The notes under the pieces were generated by a model, which saw nothing but the letters and a program-made list of their open reading frames with translations, ran no database searches and was not told where the DNA came from. A stretch of 64,000 nucleotides of DNA from Alphaproteobacteria bacterium. Its GTDB lineage: Bacteria > Pseudomonadota > Alphaproteobacteria > MPNO01 > UBA830. Position 1 is the stretch's first letter; every line of letters begins with the position of its first letter. Shown here piece after piece: positions 1 to 9,726 of the stretch. The position numbers were made by a program, and so were the translations under genes. The stretch spans positions 2,432,001-2,496,000 of the forward strand of contig OZ219791.1 in assembly GCA_964291215.2 (NCBI GenBank). The letters are read 5' to 3'.

Positions 1-627
1 GGAAAAGTCACGCCAAGCGTCTTGGCCCCAGGCATAGTTCTGGTTGATGCCGACGAAACCCTTGATGTCCTTCCCCATATTCTTGACCAAGTAACGGGCT
101 GCCGAGACATTGTTGGCGGTTCCGTTGTTGATCGTGCGAAACACGTATTTCGGGTTCTGGTTGATTTCCTCGAAAATCCGGGGTGTTCCGCACACGGTCT
201 GGATGGTCAGTGCCTTGAGTTCCTCGGAAACCGGCGCAGTTGCTGCACAGTTGCCCGACGAAACGTAACCGATGATCAGCGCAACCTTGTCCTTCTGCAC
301 CTTGTTCCGCAGCTCGGTCACCTGCTTGGTGCCGCCACCAGCCTCGTCATAGAGCAGGAGTTCGATCTGACGTCCAGCGAGTCCCTTGGCGTTGTAAGGC
401 GCAGGCAGTTCGCCGTTGTTGATCCCGCGCACGATCAACTCCGAGCCGTTCTTCGCCGGAATGCCGAATGCCGGAGCGCCGGCTCCGGTAAGGAATGTCG
501 GCGTGCCGATCTTGACCGTCTGGGCAAGCACAGCGCTGCTGCCGAGCGCGACCACTCCGACAAGTGCGGCGCCGATAAGGTGCGCCGCGCGGGGGCGGCG
601 GGCCGCCCCCACTGTAACTTCAATCAT
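1..627 (-). CDS. ABC transporter substrate-binding protein, LivJ/branched-chain type (runs off window start)
   Basis: Manual translation MIEVTVGAARRPRAAHLIGAALVGVVALGSSAVLAQTVKIGTPTFLTGAGAPAFG...IIGYVSSGNC...NQNYAWGQDAW; signal peptide, Peripla_BP_6-like motifs, GGGAG RBS. Confidence 0.85.
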   Translation of the reverse strand, partial: MIEVTVGAARRPRAAHLIGAALVGVVALGSSAVLAQTVKIGTPTFLTGAGAPAFGIPAKNGSELIVRGINNGELPAPYNAKGLAGRQIELLLYDEAGGGTKQVTELRNKVQKDKVALIIGYVSSGNCAATAPVSEELKALTIQTVCGTPRIFEEINQNPKYVFRTINNGTANNVSAARYLVKNMGKDIKGFVGINQNYAWGQDAWRDFS

Positions 628-769
628 GTCATGTCTCCCAATGTGGTTGTCCACATCATCAAACTACTACGACCCGGAATTCGGGTCACGGCGGCGGAAC
701 TCTACATAATTCGTGGACCCGGTCCAATACGCAAACGGAATTTTTGGATTTGGTGTTCGAAGGGCGGTA

Positions 770-2152
770 TCAGCGCCACATCGCTTCGCAGAGGGGCTCC
801 AGATTTTCCTGTTGGTCGAGCGCCGCAACCAGCGCCGGGATCATGGCCGTCTTTTCCGGGGGGTGGCCGCCGTGGGCTGCGCAGGCGCCGAACTTTGCCA
901 TCGCGTCGTCAATCGTGAACGGCGCAAGGGTGCTGCCGCGGGCGCCGTCTATGCGCCCTTCGAGCCGCCGCCCGTCCTTCGTGTCGACAGAGACGAAGGT
1001 CGTGACATTCGTAAAGCCGGCGACCTCGCGATCGAAGGCGGTGTGCTCGACCCGGGCCATCATGGCGCGGACATCGGCACGGCGCAGGACAGAGTCGGTG
1101 AACTCGGCCAGTCCGGCGCGGCCCTCGATCGCGATGACCGCGAGGATGAAGGCCATCGAGAATCTTGCCTCGGTCGGGTTTCGGGGCAGTCCGGCAAGCA
1201 GCGTGTTCACGATGCGGTGGTTGGTTCGCGCCCGTATCGTGGCGATATCGGCCGCCGAGATGCCCGCAGTGTTCATCAGATCGACCAAGCAGGCGGCGGC
1301 GGGATGGGCAAGGGCGCCGCTCGGGTGGGGCTTGATCCATACGCCGGGGTCCTCGAATACCCACGGCGCCGCAAGCTTGTCGACGATGGCTGTCCTGTCT
1401 GCGCCGCCGCCGGCTGCGGCGACATAGCCGCCCGGTCCGTCGAGCGCGTCCGGCGCGGCGGTGACGCCACGACGGGCCAGTTCGGCAGCGGCGATGCCGT
1501 CCTCGGCGGCGTGGGCGGGGTGAAGGATCTCGGTCATGGTTCCAAAGTTCCGCCGCACGCCACCGCCGCGACTGGCGGCGATTCCAAGTGCATGCGTGGT
1601 AGTGTCCGAGTCGAGGCCCATCAGCCGACTGGCCGCTGCCGCGGCGCCGAAGATGCCGAGTGTGCCGGTGACGTGAAAGCCGTCGGCATAGTGCCGCGGC
1701 GCCATGGCATGATTGAGGCGCGACGCGACTTCGACACCAACGAGATAGGCCATGACGACATCGGCACCGGAGCATCGGCGAGTTTCTCCGACGGCAAGGG
1801 CAACCGGGAGGACAGCCGCGCTCGCATGGATGCCACCCGTTCGCCCGGGATCGGCCTGCGGCGAAGTGTCATCGTAATTGTCGGCATGGATGGAGGCGGC
1901 ATTGGCATGGGCGGCAAAACGCGGCGGGGCACGCAGCCGGGTTCCGAATATCGTGCTTCCACGCCCGGTGACCTCCTGGTCAGCAAGCCAGTCTCGGACA
2001 ATCCCCGCGACCGGCGAAACGGCGCCCGCAAGCGCGAGCCCGAGCGAGTCGAGGATGTGGATTTCGGCGCGCTGGCGGACCGTAGCGGGCACGCCATCAT
2101 ATGTTGCCGAAGCGGTGAATGCCGAGATCGCCGCCGTTATCCCGCCGGTCAT
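770..2152 (-). CDS. MmgE/PrpD family protein
   Basis: HILDSLGLALAG, HADNYDD, HASAAVLP, GFHVTGTLG and WIKPHPSG motifs. Confidence 0.9.
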   Translation of the reverse strand: MTGGITAAISAFTASATYDGVPATVRQRAEIHILDSLGLALAGAVSPVAGIVRDWLADQEVTGRGSTIFGTRLRAPPRFAAHANAASIHADNYDDTSPQADPGRTGGIHASAAVLPVALAVGETRRCSGADVVMAYLVGVEVASRLNHAMAPRHYADGFHVTGTLGIFGAAAAASRLMGLDSDTTTHALGIAASRGGGVRRNFGTMTEILHPAHAAEDGIAAAELARRGVTAAPDALDGPGGYVAAAGGGADRTAIVDKLAAPWVFEDPGVWIKPHPSGALAHPAAACLVDLMNTAGISAADIATIRARTNHRIVNTLLAGLPRNPTEARFSMAFILAVIAIEGRAGLAEFTDSVLRRADVRAMMARVEHTAFDREVAGFTNVTTFVSVDTKDGRRLEGRIDGARGSTLAPFTIDDAMAKFGACAAHGGHPPEKTAMIPALVAALDQQENLEPLCEAMWR

Positions 2153-2241
2153 GAAGCGATCCGTTCGCGCTCCGGGGGGTGGGGGAACCGTGCGCCGCGT
2201 TCCGGGAATGACGTGCTGACGATCTTCCGGAGCTCCGTCTC

Positions 2242-3120
2242 TCAGCCTCGGGTGGCTTCCCTGAACCGTTCCGACGCCGCTGCGGCAAAGCCCCAGGAGT
2301 CGCCGTGGAACTCGGGCGGCCGCTCCCAGTCCTCGGGCATTCCGGTCCTGTAGCTGTCATCCACCTGCTCGACCTCTGCCGTGTACTCGATCACGTACCC
2401 GGTCGGGTCGATGAAGTAGGCGAATATGTTGTTGCCGGGGCCGTGGCGGCCGACGCCCCATTCCACGGGGTGGCCGGCGCGTTTCATCCGTCCCGAGGCG
2501 CGCATCAGCGCGTCGTGGTTCGGCACCTCGAAGGCGCAATGGTTGAGGGTGGGCGCATCGATAGTGGTGATGGCGATCGCGTGATGGTCGCTGCTGCAGC
2601 GGACGAAATCCATGTAGCCGGTGCGGTCGCTCAGCTTGAAGCCGAGCAAATCGATGAACTGGGCGCTCTGCGCCTGGCGCTGCGGCGAATTTTGCACGAC
2701 ATGGCTCAGCTTGACCGGGCGATCAATTGTCGGCGGCTGCGCTTCGTGTTTCGCCAGCCCGGCCGATACCATGTATTCGCGGTCGTGCAGGTCCCGGAAG
2801 ATAAAGCCGTACCCGCCGCCCGGCTCGTCAATCTCGGCCGGCGGGTCGAGCGACGCGCCCAGTCCGGCAGCCCTGTCGTGGAGTGCATCGACGGCGCTCT
2901 TGTCGTCGGCTGCAAGATTGACCCTGAGCAGCCTGCGTTCCGCTCCCGGCCTGAGCACGAGTATGTGATGCTCCGCTCCGGTTCCGCGAAGAAAGACTGC
3001 TCCAGCGGTGTCGGCGACGGTTTCCAGTCCCCAACAGTCTTCGTAGAACCGCCGTGACGCGGCGAGGTCGGGCACCGCGAATTCTGCGCTGCGCAAACCG
3101 GTTACCCCTGGTTCTCCCAT
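2242..3120 (-). CDS. VOC/glyoxalase family protein (two-domain extradiol dioxygenase-like)
   Basis: LSHVV, DHHAIA, LNHCAFE, WGVGRHGPGNNIFAYFIDP..VIEY; ATG at 3120 with GGAGAGG RBS. Confidence 0.9.
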   Translation of the reverse strand: MGEPGVTGLRSAEFAVPDLAASRRFYEDCWGLETVADTAGAVFLRGTGAEHHILVLRPGAERRLLRVNLAADDKSAVDALHDRAAGLGASLDPPAEIDEPGGGYGFIFRDLHDREYMVSAGLAKHEAQPPTIDRPVKLSHVVQNSPQRQAQSAQFIDLLGFKLSDRTGYMDFVRCSSDHHAIAITTIDAPTLNHCAFEVPNHDALMRASGRMKRAGHPVEWGVGRHGPGNNIFAYFIDPTGYVIEYTAEVEQVDDSYRTGMPEDWERPPEFHGDSWGFAAAASERFREATRG

Positions 3121-3632
3121 GTTCCTCTCCCTTCGAGCCTGGCAAGCGTCACAGGTCAGACGGGAACGGCGTCCGACAGTCGCCGCTTCCCGGACATCCT
3201 GCCAAGGGTGTCGGAGGTTGCAGGATATCGCAGGCCGGTGATCGGTCAACGGTGATGCCGCAGGACCATTCTGTTGTCGCGATCGGCGGCGGACAACCGT
3301 GTCAGAGTGGCCGTTATTGAAGTTGGTGGCACCGTCTCAAGTTCGGAACCGGCATATCGACAACGAAATCCGCCCCCGAATGGACCTCCAGATCTGCCTA
3401 CAACGCCCCCTCGTCGGACGGAACCGGACAAAAGAAGAGCCCTGGGTGATGCCGCGGTTCATCCACAGTCTCGAGGAGACGTCAGGCAAAGGACTATTGG
3501 ATGGCGGCGGCGCATGCTCTCCGGCGCCAGGTTCTCATTCGCGAGAAACGTCAACCTGCCGCTTGATCGCTGACGGGATGGACCGGATCATCCCGCTAGG
3601 GTTCTTCTGCACGGGAAAGGTCGGGCGCGGCG

Positions 3633-4517
3633 CTACCCCTGCTTTGGCGGCGGAAAATACTTGTCCAGCCAGTCACGAAGGATATGCATCACCCGTATGT
3701 TGGTCTCGGCGAACATGAAATGGTCCGTGTCCGAGGTCAGATGCAGGTCGGTGGGCTGTCCGGCGCGCTTGAACATCTCGACCGACTGCTCGGTCGGCGT
3801 CACCGAATCGGCTGAACTGTGGAGCAGCAGCAGCGGGCGCGGGGCGATATCCGAGATCACGTCTTCGGCCCTGAAATCGAACATGCTCTGCGCGGTCTCG
3901 GCAGGGAATTGGGCCACCGAGCCGGGCGCCAGATTGCCGCGCAGATGTTCGGGGATCGGCACGATCGCGTGGCGGTCCACCATCAGGAACTCCCCGGTCT
4001 CCTCCCGGTGGCGCCGCCCGTCCTCAAGCATATTGGTAAACGCCGCCCATGATTCGGGCGTCGGGTGCTGTCCCCGGAACTTGCGTTCGCCGTGGCCCCA
4101 GCCACCCGACGACACTGCTGCCGCGACCCGTTTGTCGACTGCTGCCGTGTATACGGCGACCGCGGCGCCGAAACTCGATCCGACAAGCGCGATGCGGCTA
4201 CCGTCGATTTCGGGCCTGGATTGGAGGAAGCTTACCGCCGCCCTGGTGTCCTCGACCTGGTCCTCGCAAAGGATGTGCCCGAACTCGCCGTCGCTTTCTC
4301 CGCAGCTGCGCATGTCGAAACGAAAGACGGCATAGCCCCATTTCAAGAATATTCCGGTGGGGCCGAGGACATTGCCCGCATTCTTGTTGCTGCCAAATCC
4401 GTGGAGAACGATGATGACGGGCCGCGGCTCCGGCGCTTCGGCGCCGTCGGGAAGGTGAAGCACTCCCGAGAGGTTGAGGGAACCCGATCTGAAGGTAACT
4501 CTGTCTTCCATGACCAT
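3633..4517 (-). CDS. alpha/beta-fold hydrolase
   Basis: LHGFGS, FDMRSCGES, nucleophile elbow GSSFG, downstream Asp and His (DSVT, DHF). Confidence 0.9.
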   Translation of the reverse strand: MVMEDRVTFRSGSLNLSGVLHLPDGAEAPEPRPVIIVLHGFGSNKNAGNVLGPTGIFLKWGYAVFRFDMRSCGESDGEFGHILCEDQVEDTRAAVSFLQSRPEIDGSRIALVGSSFGAAVAVYTAAVDKRVAAAVSSGGWGHGERKFRGQHPTPESWAAFTNMLEDGRRHREETGEFLMVDRHAIVPIPEHLRGNLAPGSVAQFPAETAQSMFDFRAEDVISDIAPRPLLLLHSSADSVTPTEQSVEMFKRAGQPTDLHLTSDTDHFMFAETNIRVMHILRDWLDKYFPPPKQG

Positions 4518-4711
4518 TCCGGTTTGCGGTTACGCTGATCCTGAAGGATCGTCTGTCGGAGCCGAGTGATACACGGTTATGGTGTGAAGTGAAACCGTGC
4601 GAAGGCCCGGGATCCGGTTCGGTCCCCGGCGCAGCGGTGTGGACTGATGCTGGACGGATTTGGAATGATGCAGCACTATGGCCGCAGCGCTGGCTTCAAC
4701 GGGTTTTGGGA

Positions 4712-5776
4712 ATGCAGGATTCGAGCGGTGAGATGATTGTTGATGCTGCGGGGTTGCAAGCCTTTGCAATGCAGTTGTTTACGGCGCGGGGCTTGCCGCA
4801 GGACGATGCCGAGCTGATAGCGGAGGTGCTGGTGTGGGCCAATCTGCGCGGTGTCGATTCCCATGGCGTGTTGCGCATCCCGGGCTATCTGGCGCGCGTG
4901 GGCAACGGCCAGAACAATCCCCGGCCTGACATCAGGGTGGTTGTCGACGCCCCGGCCGCGGCGGTACTGGAAGCTGACCGCGCCTTCGGACAGGTGGCGC
5001 TCGGGCGGGCAATTGCGATTGTCATTGCCAAGGCCTCGAATGCCGGTGTTGGGGCCTGTTTCATTCGGGAAACGACGCATATGGGCGCGATCGGTTTCTT
5101 CGCCCTTCAGGCTGCGGCCGCCGGAATGGCGGGCATCGTAATCGGCGCTTCGCGCCCCAACATGATCTATCCGGGCGCCCGCCGGCCGGGGCTTGCCACG
5201 AGCCCGATCGCAGTCGCTGTTCCGGGCGCGGTTCATGCGCCGCTGATGCTCGATATGGCTTCCGCGACCGCCTCCGTGGGCAAGATCGCCCTGGCGCGAG
5301 ACGCGGGCTTGTCCCTTGGCGAAGGCTGGGCCGTCGACGCGGACGGTCAGCCGACCACCGATGCGTCGCGGGCGGCGATTCCGACGCCGCTCGGCGGTCA
5401 CAAGGGTGGCGGCCTTGCGCTGATGTTCGAGTGCCTTACCAGCCTGGTGGTCGGCAATCCGCTGATCGCGCCGTTCATCGAGGGCGCGCCGGGCGGTACC
5501 CGGCACATGCAGAACGGCCTCGCGATTGCTGTCGACATCTCCCGGTTCGGTGACGTGGAGGCCTATGCCAGCGAGGTCGACCGTCTGGCGGAGACGCTGA
5601 AGACCCTGCCGCGGGCAGAGGGGGTGGACGAGATCCTGGTGCCCGGCGAACGCGGCGACAGGATCCTCGAAGCGCGGACCGAAAGCGGCATTCCGCTTGC
5701 GTCTGGCACCTGGAAGCGTCTCCGCGAAGTCGCCGAACTGCTGGGGATCGCAATGCCTCAGGTGCGGAGAGCCTGA
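4712..5776 (+). CDS. Ldh_2 family oxidoreductase (malate/L-lactate/ureidoglycolate dehydrogenase-like)
   Basis: ANLRGVDSHG, THMGAIG, LDMASA, GHKGGGLALMFE and VPGE motifs. Confidence 0.9.
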   Translation: MQDSSGEMIVDAAGLQAFAMQLFTARGLPQDDAELIAEVLVWANLRGVDSHGVLRIPGYLARVGNGQNNPRPDIRVVVDAPAAAVLEADRAFGQVALGRAIAIVIAKASNAGVGACFIRETTHMGAIGFFALQAAAAGMAGIVIGASRPNMIYPGARRPGLATSPIAVAVPGAVHAPLMLDMASATASVGKIALARDAGLSLGEGWAVDADGQPTTDASRAAIPTPLGGHKGGGLALMFECLTSLVVGNPLIAPFIEGAPGGTRHMQNGLAIAVDISRFGDVEAYASEVDRLAETLKTLPRAEGVDEILVPGERGDRILEARTESGIPLASGTWKRLREVAELLGIAMPQVRRA

Positions 5777-5842
5777 GGGGCGGCGCCCCTGGCTTTGCGC
5801 CGCCGCTGCCCGTTCCGCAGCCGCGGCGGGCACGCCACCCGC

Positions 5843-7513
5843 CTATCTCTTGCGCCAGGTGATCTCGTCTTCCCAGCCTTCCTCGACATCGCGGACCGAG
5901 CTTTCCGGCGGCACATCGGCGGATTTCTGTCGCTGCAGGGTTCGCCGGCCGTTCTCAAGCCAGTCGCCGGCCGCCGCCCGGGCGGCGGCGTCTTTCCAAT
6001 GCTGTGACCAGTCGCCGAGAGAATAGCCGTACCACGGCGTTTCAGGCCGAAGTTCGGGCAGTCCGAGCCGGTCCCATAGGGCCTTGCCCGCCTCCATGTA
6101 GGGGCGCGTCGGCAGGGCGAGCGGCGGCATGGCGGATTTCATGGTGGCGTCGATGAGGAGGGTCGAGTCCTCCTCGCCCTTGTGTTCGCGGCGGGGCCCA
6201 TGCCCTTGGCCGCGATGCCTCAGCACCTCGACATCCTCGGCGGGGTTGAGGCGGTATCCCATCGCCCACAGGATCGAATCGGCGTTGTCCGGGTCGATGT
6301 CCTCGTTGACCGCGATGGTGATCTTGCCGCAGTCGCCCTTGAAGCTCGCCGCGCCGTAGAGTGCCCGCCACACCTCGGTACGCGGGGTTTCCGGATCGAG
6401 CGTGACAACAGTAACCCGCAGCAGGCCCGTGAGCGGTTCATGCAGCGACACCCGCCGGACACCCTTGATGCCGAGATGATCCCGGAGGTGGGCAAGGAAC
6501 AGGGGCTCATAGGCCACCCGCTTGATGACCGAACTTTCGGACGGCGCCACCTGGGAGATATAGGAGGGGAGGATCGCACCTCGGCGGTGGGTGATGGCGG
6601 TCACGCGCATCGGAAGGTTCATCTCCTCGAGCGCGACATGGCCGTGGCTTTCGCCGAACGGACCCTCGGGCTCGAGCATTTCGGTATCGACGAACCCCTC
6701 GATGACCAGCTCTGCCTCGGCCGGCACGACGAGGTCGACCGTGCGCGCGCGTACCACGTTGATCGGCTCGCCGGCCAGCCCTCCGGCGACGGCTATTTCC
6801 TCGGTACCGACCGGGAGCTTTTGCGGACCGGTGAACGCGACATAAGGCGGACAGCCAAGAACGATCGCGCACGGCATTTTCTCGCCCTGTTTCCGGTACG
6901 TCTTCCAGTGCAGGAAGCCCTCGGCGCCGCCGACCCTGGTCGCCATGCGGACCACCAACCGGTCCGGCGCCTTCAGGGCGGCGCGGTAGGTTCCCATGTT
7001 CTGCGTTCCGGTGTCGGGATTGCGGGTGATCACGTTGGTCGCGGCCAGCGTGGGGGCAGAATCGAACCCCGGTGTCGAGAGCGGTATGGGGAGTGCGGCG
7101 AGGCCGCCATCCTCCTGCAGCAGGTCGCCGCCGTTGATGACCACGTCTTGACAGGTCGCCGCATCGAGCATGCGTGGCGCGATCGGCGCCGCTATCGCCC
7201 TTTCCCATTTTGCCGAGATCTCGTCGATCTCGGCATCCATGCCGGTCGCGTAGATCGCCGGATTGGCAGCGAGGGCGCCGATCACAACGGGAAAGCCATA
7301 GCTCCGCCCCTTGGGGTCGACGATGTTCCTGAACAGGAATGCCTTGCGGTCGCTTTCGCGCAGCCCGCCCCTGAACTGCCAGCGCACGAGCGGTGACATT
7401 TCGGTGTCCTTGTCGACCTGCTCGTCGATTGCATGAAGAAGGCCGCGCTTTTCGAGTTCTGCGACATGCTGCTGTAGATCGCGGTAGGTGCGGGTTCCGG
7501 TCGATGCAACCAT
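5843..7513 (-). CDS. UbiD family (prFMN-dependent) decarboxylase
   Basis: NMGTYR, VPAEAELVIEG and EGPFGESHG motifs; start MVASTG at 7513. Confidence 0.9.
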   Translation of the reverse strand: MVASTGTRTYRDLQQHVAELEKRGLLHAIDEQVDKDTEMSPLVRWQFRGGLRESDRKAFLFRNIVDPKGRSYGFPVVIGALAANPAIYATGMDAEIDEISAKWERAIAAPIAPRMLDAATCQDVVINGGDLLQEDGGLAALPIPLSTPGFDSAPTLAATNVITRNPDTGTQNMGTYRAALKAPDRLVVRMATRVGGAEGFLHWKTYRKQGEKMPCAIVLGCPPYVAFTGPQKLPVGTEEIAVAGGLAGEPINVVRARTVDLVVPAEAELVIEGFVDTEMLEPEGPFGESHGHVALEEMNLPMRVTAITHRRGAILPSYISQVAPSESSVIKRVAYEPLFLAHLRDHLGIKGVRRVSLHEPLTGLLRVTVVTLDPETPRTEVWRALYGAASFKGDCGKITIAVNEDIDPDNADSILWAMGYRLNPAEDVEVLRHRGQGHGPRREHKGEEDSTLLIDATMKSAMPPLALPTRPYMEAGKALWDRLGLPELRPETPWYGYSLGDWSQHWKDAAARAAAGDWLENGRRTLQRQKSADVPPESSVRDVEEGWEDEITWRKR

Positions 7514-7709
7514 GTTCCTGTCTCCGAGGGTTCCTCGAACCTTATGACATGGCGGGAGCGAAAAGGAAAAAAGCGGCGCTCTCGCTTCGCGGCTGATGGC
7601 GACCGCGTGTGCAGCCGGTTCGATATAGGCGCCCTCAGTCATGTAAGGGTTTGTCCATTTCGGACCGGGGAATAGGGCTATGTCGGCGTCGGGCGAATGG
7701 GGTGGGGCC

Positions 7710-9726
7710 CACGGCGATCCCACGCTAGGTTTGTTGGAAGGGTCGGTTTTGCTTGTTCAGGATGATTCGCATTTTCGCTGGCTTTTTGTGAAGCGGCCTA
7801 GTATCCGTTGTCGTGATGGAAGGGGCAGCGGATTTTTTTGAGACGACTCCGGAGGGTTTTGAGCTCCGGGATGTGGTTGTGCGCCTTGCGCGGCCTGATG
7901 TCGCTGGAACCGTGTTGTTGACCGTATCTTGGTTTCAAGCAGTTTGCCGGTCGAGGTCTGCGTGTTCACCTGGCGCGGGCGGTGGATTGGTGCTGCGGGC
8001 TGGCAGACGGGCGCCCTCAGCTGCGCACCCGTTGGATTGACTGGCGCCGCGAGGAACAGTTCAGGCGATTGCACCTGATCGGGAACAACACGAGGTTTGT
8101 TGTTCTTGGTGGTCGCCGGGTGTTTCCGAGCCTTGCCTCGTTTGCGTTGTCGCGGATGGTGCGGCGTCTCGGTGGCGACTGGGAGGCTGCGTACGGCCAT
8201 CCGTTGCTTGTTGCGGAGTCGTTTGTCTCGCCGACGAAGTTCAGCGGCACCATGTACAAGGCGGCGAACTGGGAGTGCGTTGGCAGGAGCTATGCGCGCG
8301 CCAGCGGGCGCTATACCGACCGGCACGGGGAGGCGAAGGATCTTTACGTTTTTCCGCTGCGTCGCGATGCCTGTCGTCGGCTGCGGGATCGTTCACCGCT
8401 TCCTGTGGCGTGGGAGTTGCGGGCGCCGCAGAGCGACTTGTCGGCGCAGGAGTTGCGCTCGATTTATCAGCATTTTGCGGCGCTTTCCGACTTCCGGCGC
8501 GCGCAGGGGCGCAAGCACCGCATCGCCTCGGTGCTGTGCGTGATTTTGCTGGCGCGACTTGCGAACCGGCACGGTGCGGTTGCGGCGGCGCACTACGCGA
8601 AGACGATGACGCAGAAGGAGCTGGAGCAGCATGGAAGAACAGGGGCACCGGCAAGCCGGTCTCCAAATCGACCGTGCACCGGGTGCTGCAGAACACCGAC
8701 CCGGGATGGATCGAGGATGCTCTGCGGCGCGCAGCCGCGCCTGGAGGTCGGCAACGCGATCGCGGTCGACGGCAAGCGCATCCGCGGCGCCAACCGCACC
8801 GGCGAGGATCATTACGAGACGGTCTCGCTGGCACGGGACCGGTATGCCGGTTTCGATCCTCAACTATCACGACGGGGAGATCGCTGCCGTCCACGCCGCG
8901 CTCGAGACGGCACCGGTTGCCGGCCGTCTGCTCACCCTCGACGCGCTCCACACCACCCGCGAGGCTGATCATCGAGACCCATCGCGCGGACTGGATGATG
9001 ATGGTCAAGGGCAACGCGCCCGAGACCTTCGAGACCTTCGAGAGCATCAACTGGAAGACCGCCAGTACGGGACGCTACAACGAAAAGCCCGCGCATGGCC
9101 GCATCGAACAGCGCACCATCGAGGTCTTCACCCCGCTGGCGAAGATGATCAACTAGTCAAGTAGATCTTCCGCGTCACCCGGCGCGTCGAATTCAAGAAA
9201 TCCGGAAAACGGACAACCGAATACGCCTACGGCATGACCTCGGTCAAGCGCGCCTCGCCGCAACAGCTGCTCGCATGGAATCGTGGACACTGGGTAGTCG
9301 AGAGCCACCATCATGTCCGCGATGCCACCTTCCGCGAAGACGACTCCATGCTCCGAACGCGCCCGCAAACAACGCGATCATCAACACCCTCGCAATCGCC
9401 GTCATCATCCGCAACAAACGCAAGCTGCCCAAACCCTTCAACAGCTTCGTCGACGCCCGCCACCACTATGCCAACAAGCGCAAGCAGGTCCTGCACGCAA
9501 TCACAAGACCAGGCTGACCGCGCCTCTCTTCCCGACAGAAACTGCAAGCTTTCAAGCCCGGCAACCAAGGCCTCTCGCTCGCCCCGGATACGCCGACCAA
9601 TCGCGCCCCGCGCCGTAACAGCGCGTCAGACGTCAGCAAATCTCAAAATCGCAGCCTCGAACGCGTCGACCCGCGCCACGATCAGGACTCCGATCACATC
9701 ACATCAACAAGCATGGGATCACCTTG
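7710..9726 (+). mobile_element. ISAs1-family element whose frameshifted transposase has an N-terminal DUF4338/DruA-like domain
   Basis: TIRs CACGGCGATCCCACGCT / AGCATGGGATCACCTTG; 10-bp TSD GGGTGGGGCC (7700-7709, 9727-9736); DFRRAQGRKH, AVDGKRIRG, TLDALHT, VKGN, RGHWVVE and DATFRED motifs; N-terminal NNTRF..SLAS..DW..YGHPLLVAESFV..YKAANW. Confidence 0.88.

Noticed and set aside
713-2353. Long antisense ORFs (e.g. 713-2353, 24014-25918, 52132-53997, 57499-59280)
   Set aside because: Shadow frames of GC-rich genes on the opposite strand with no motifs
7982-8460. Druantia defence system
   Set aside because: Only a DruA-like domain inside an IS; no other dru genes
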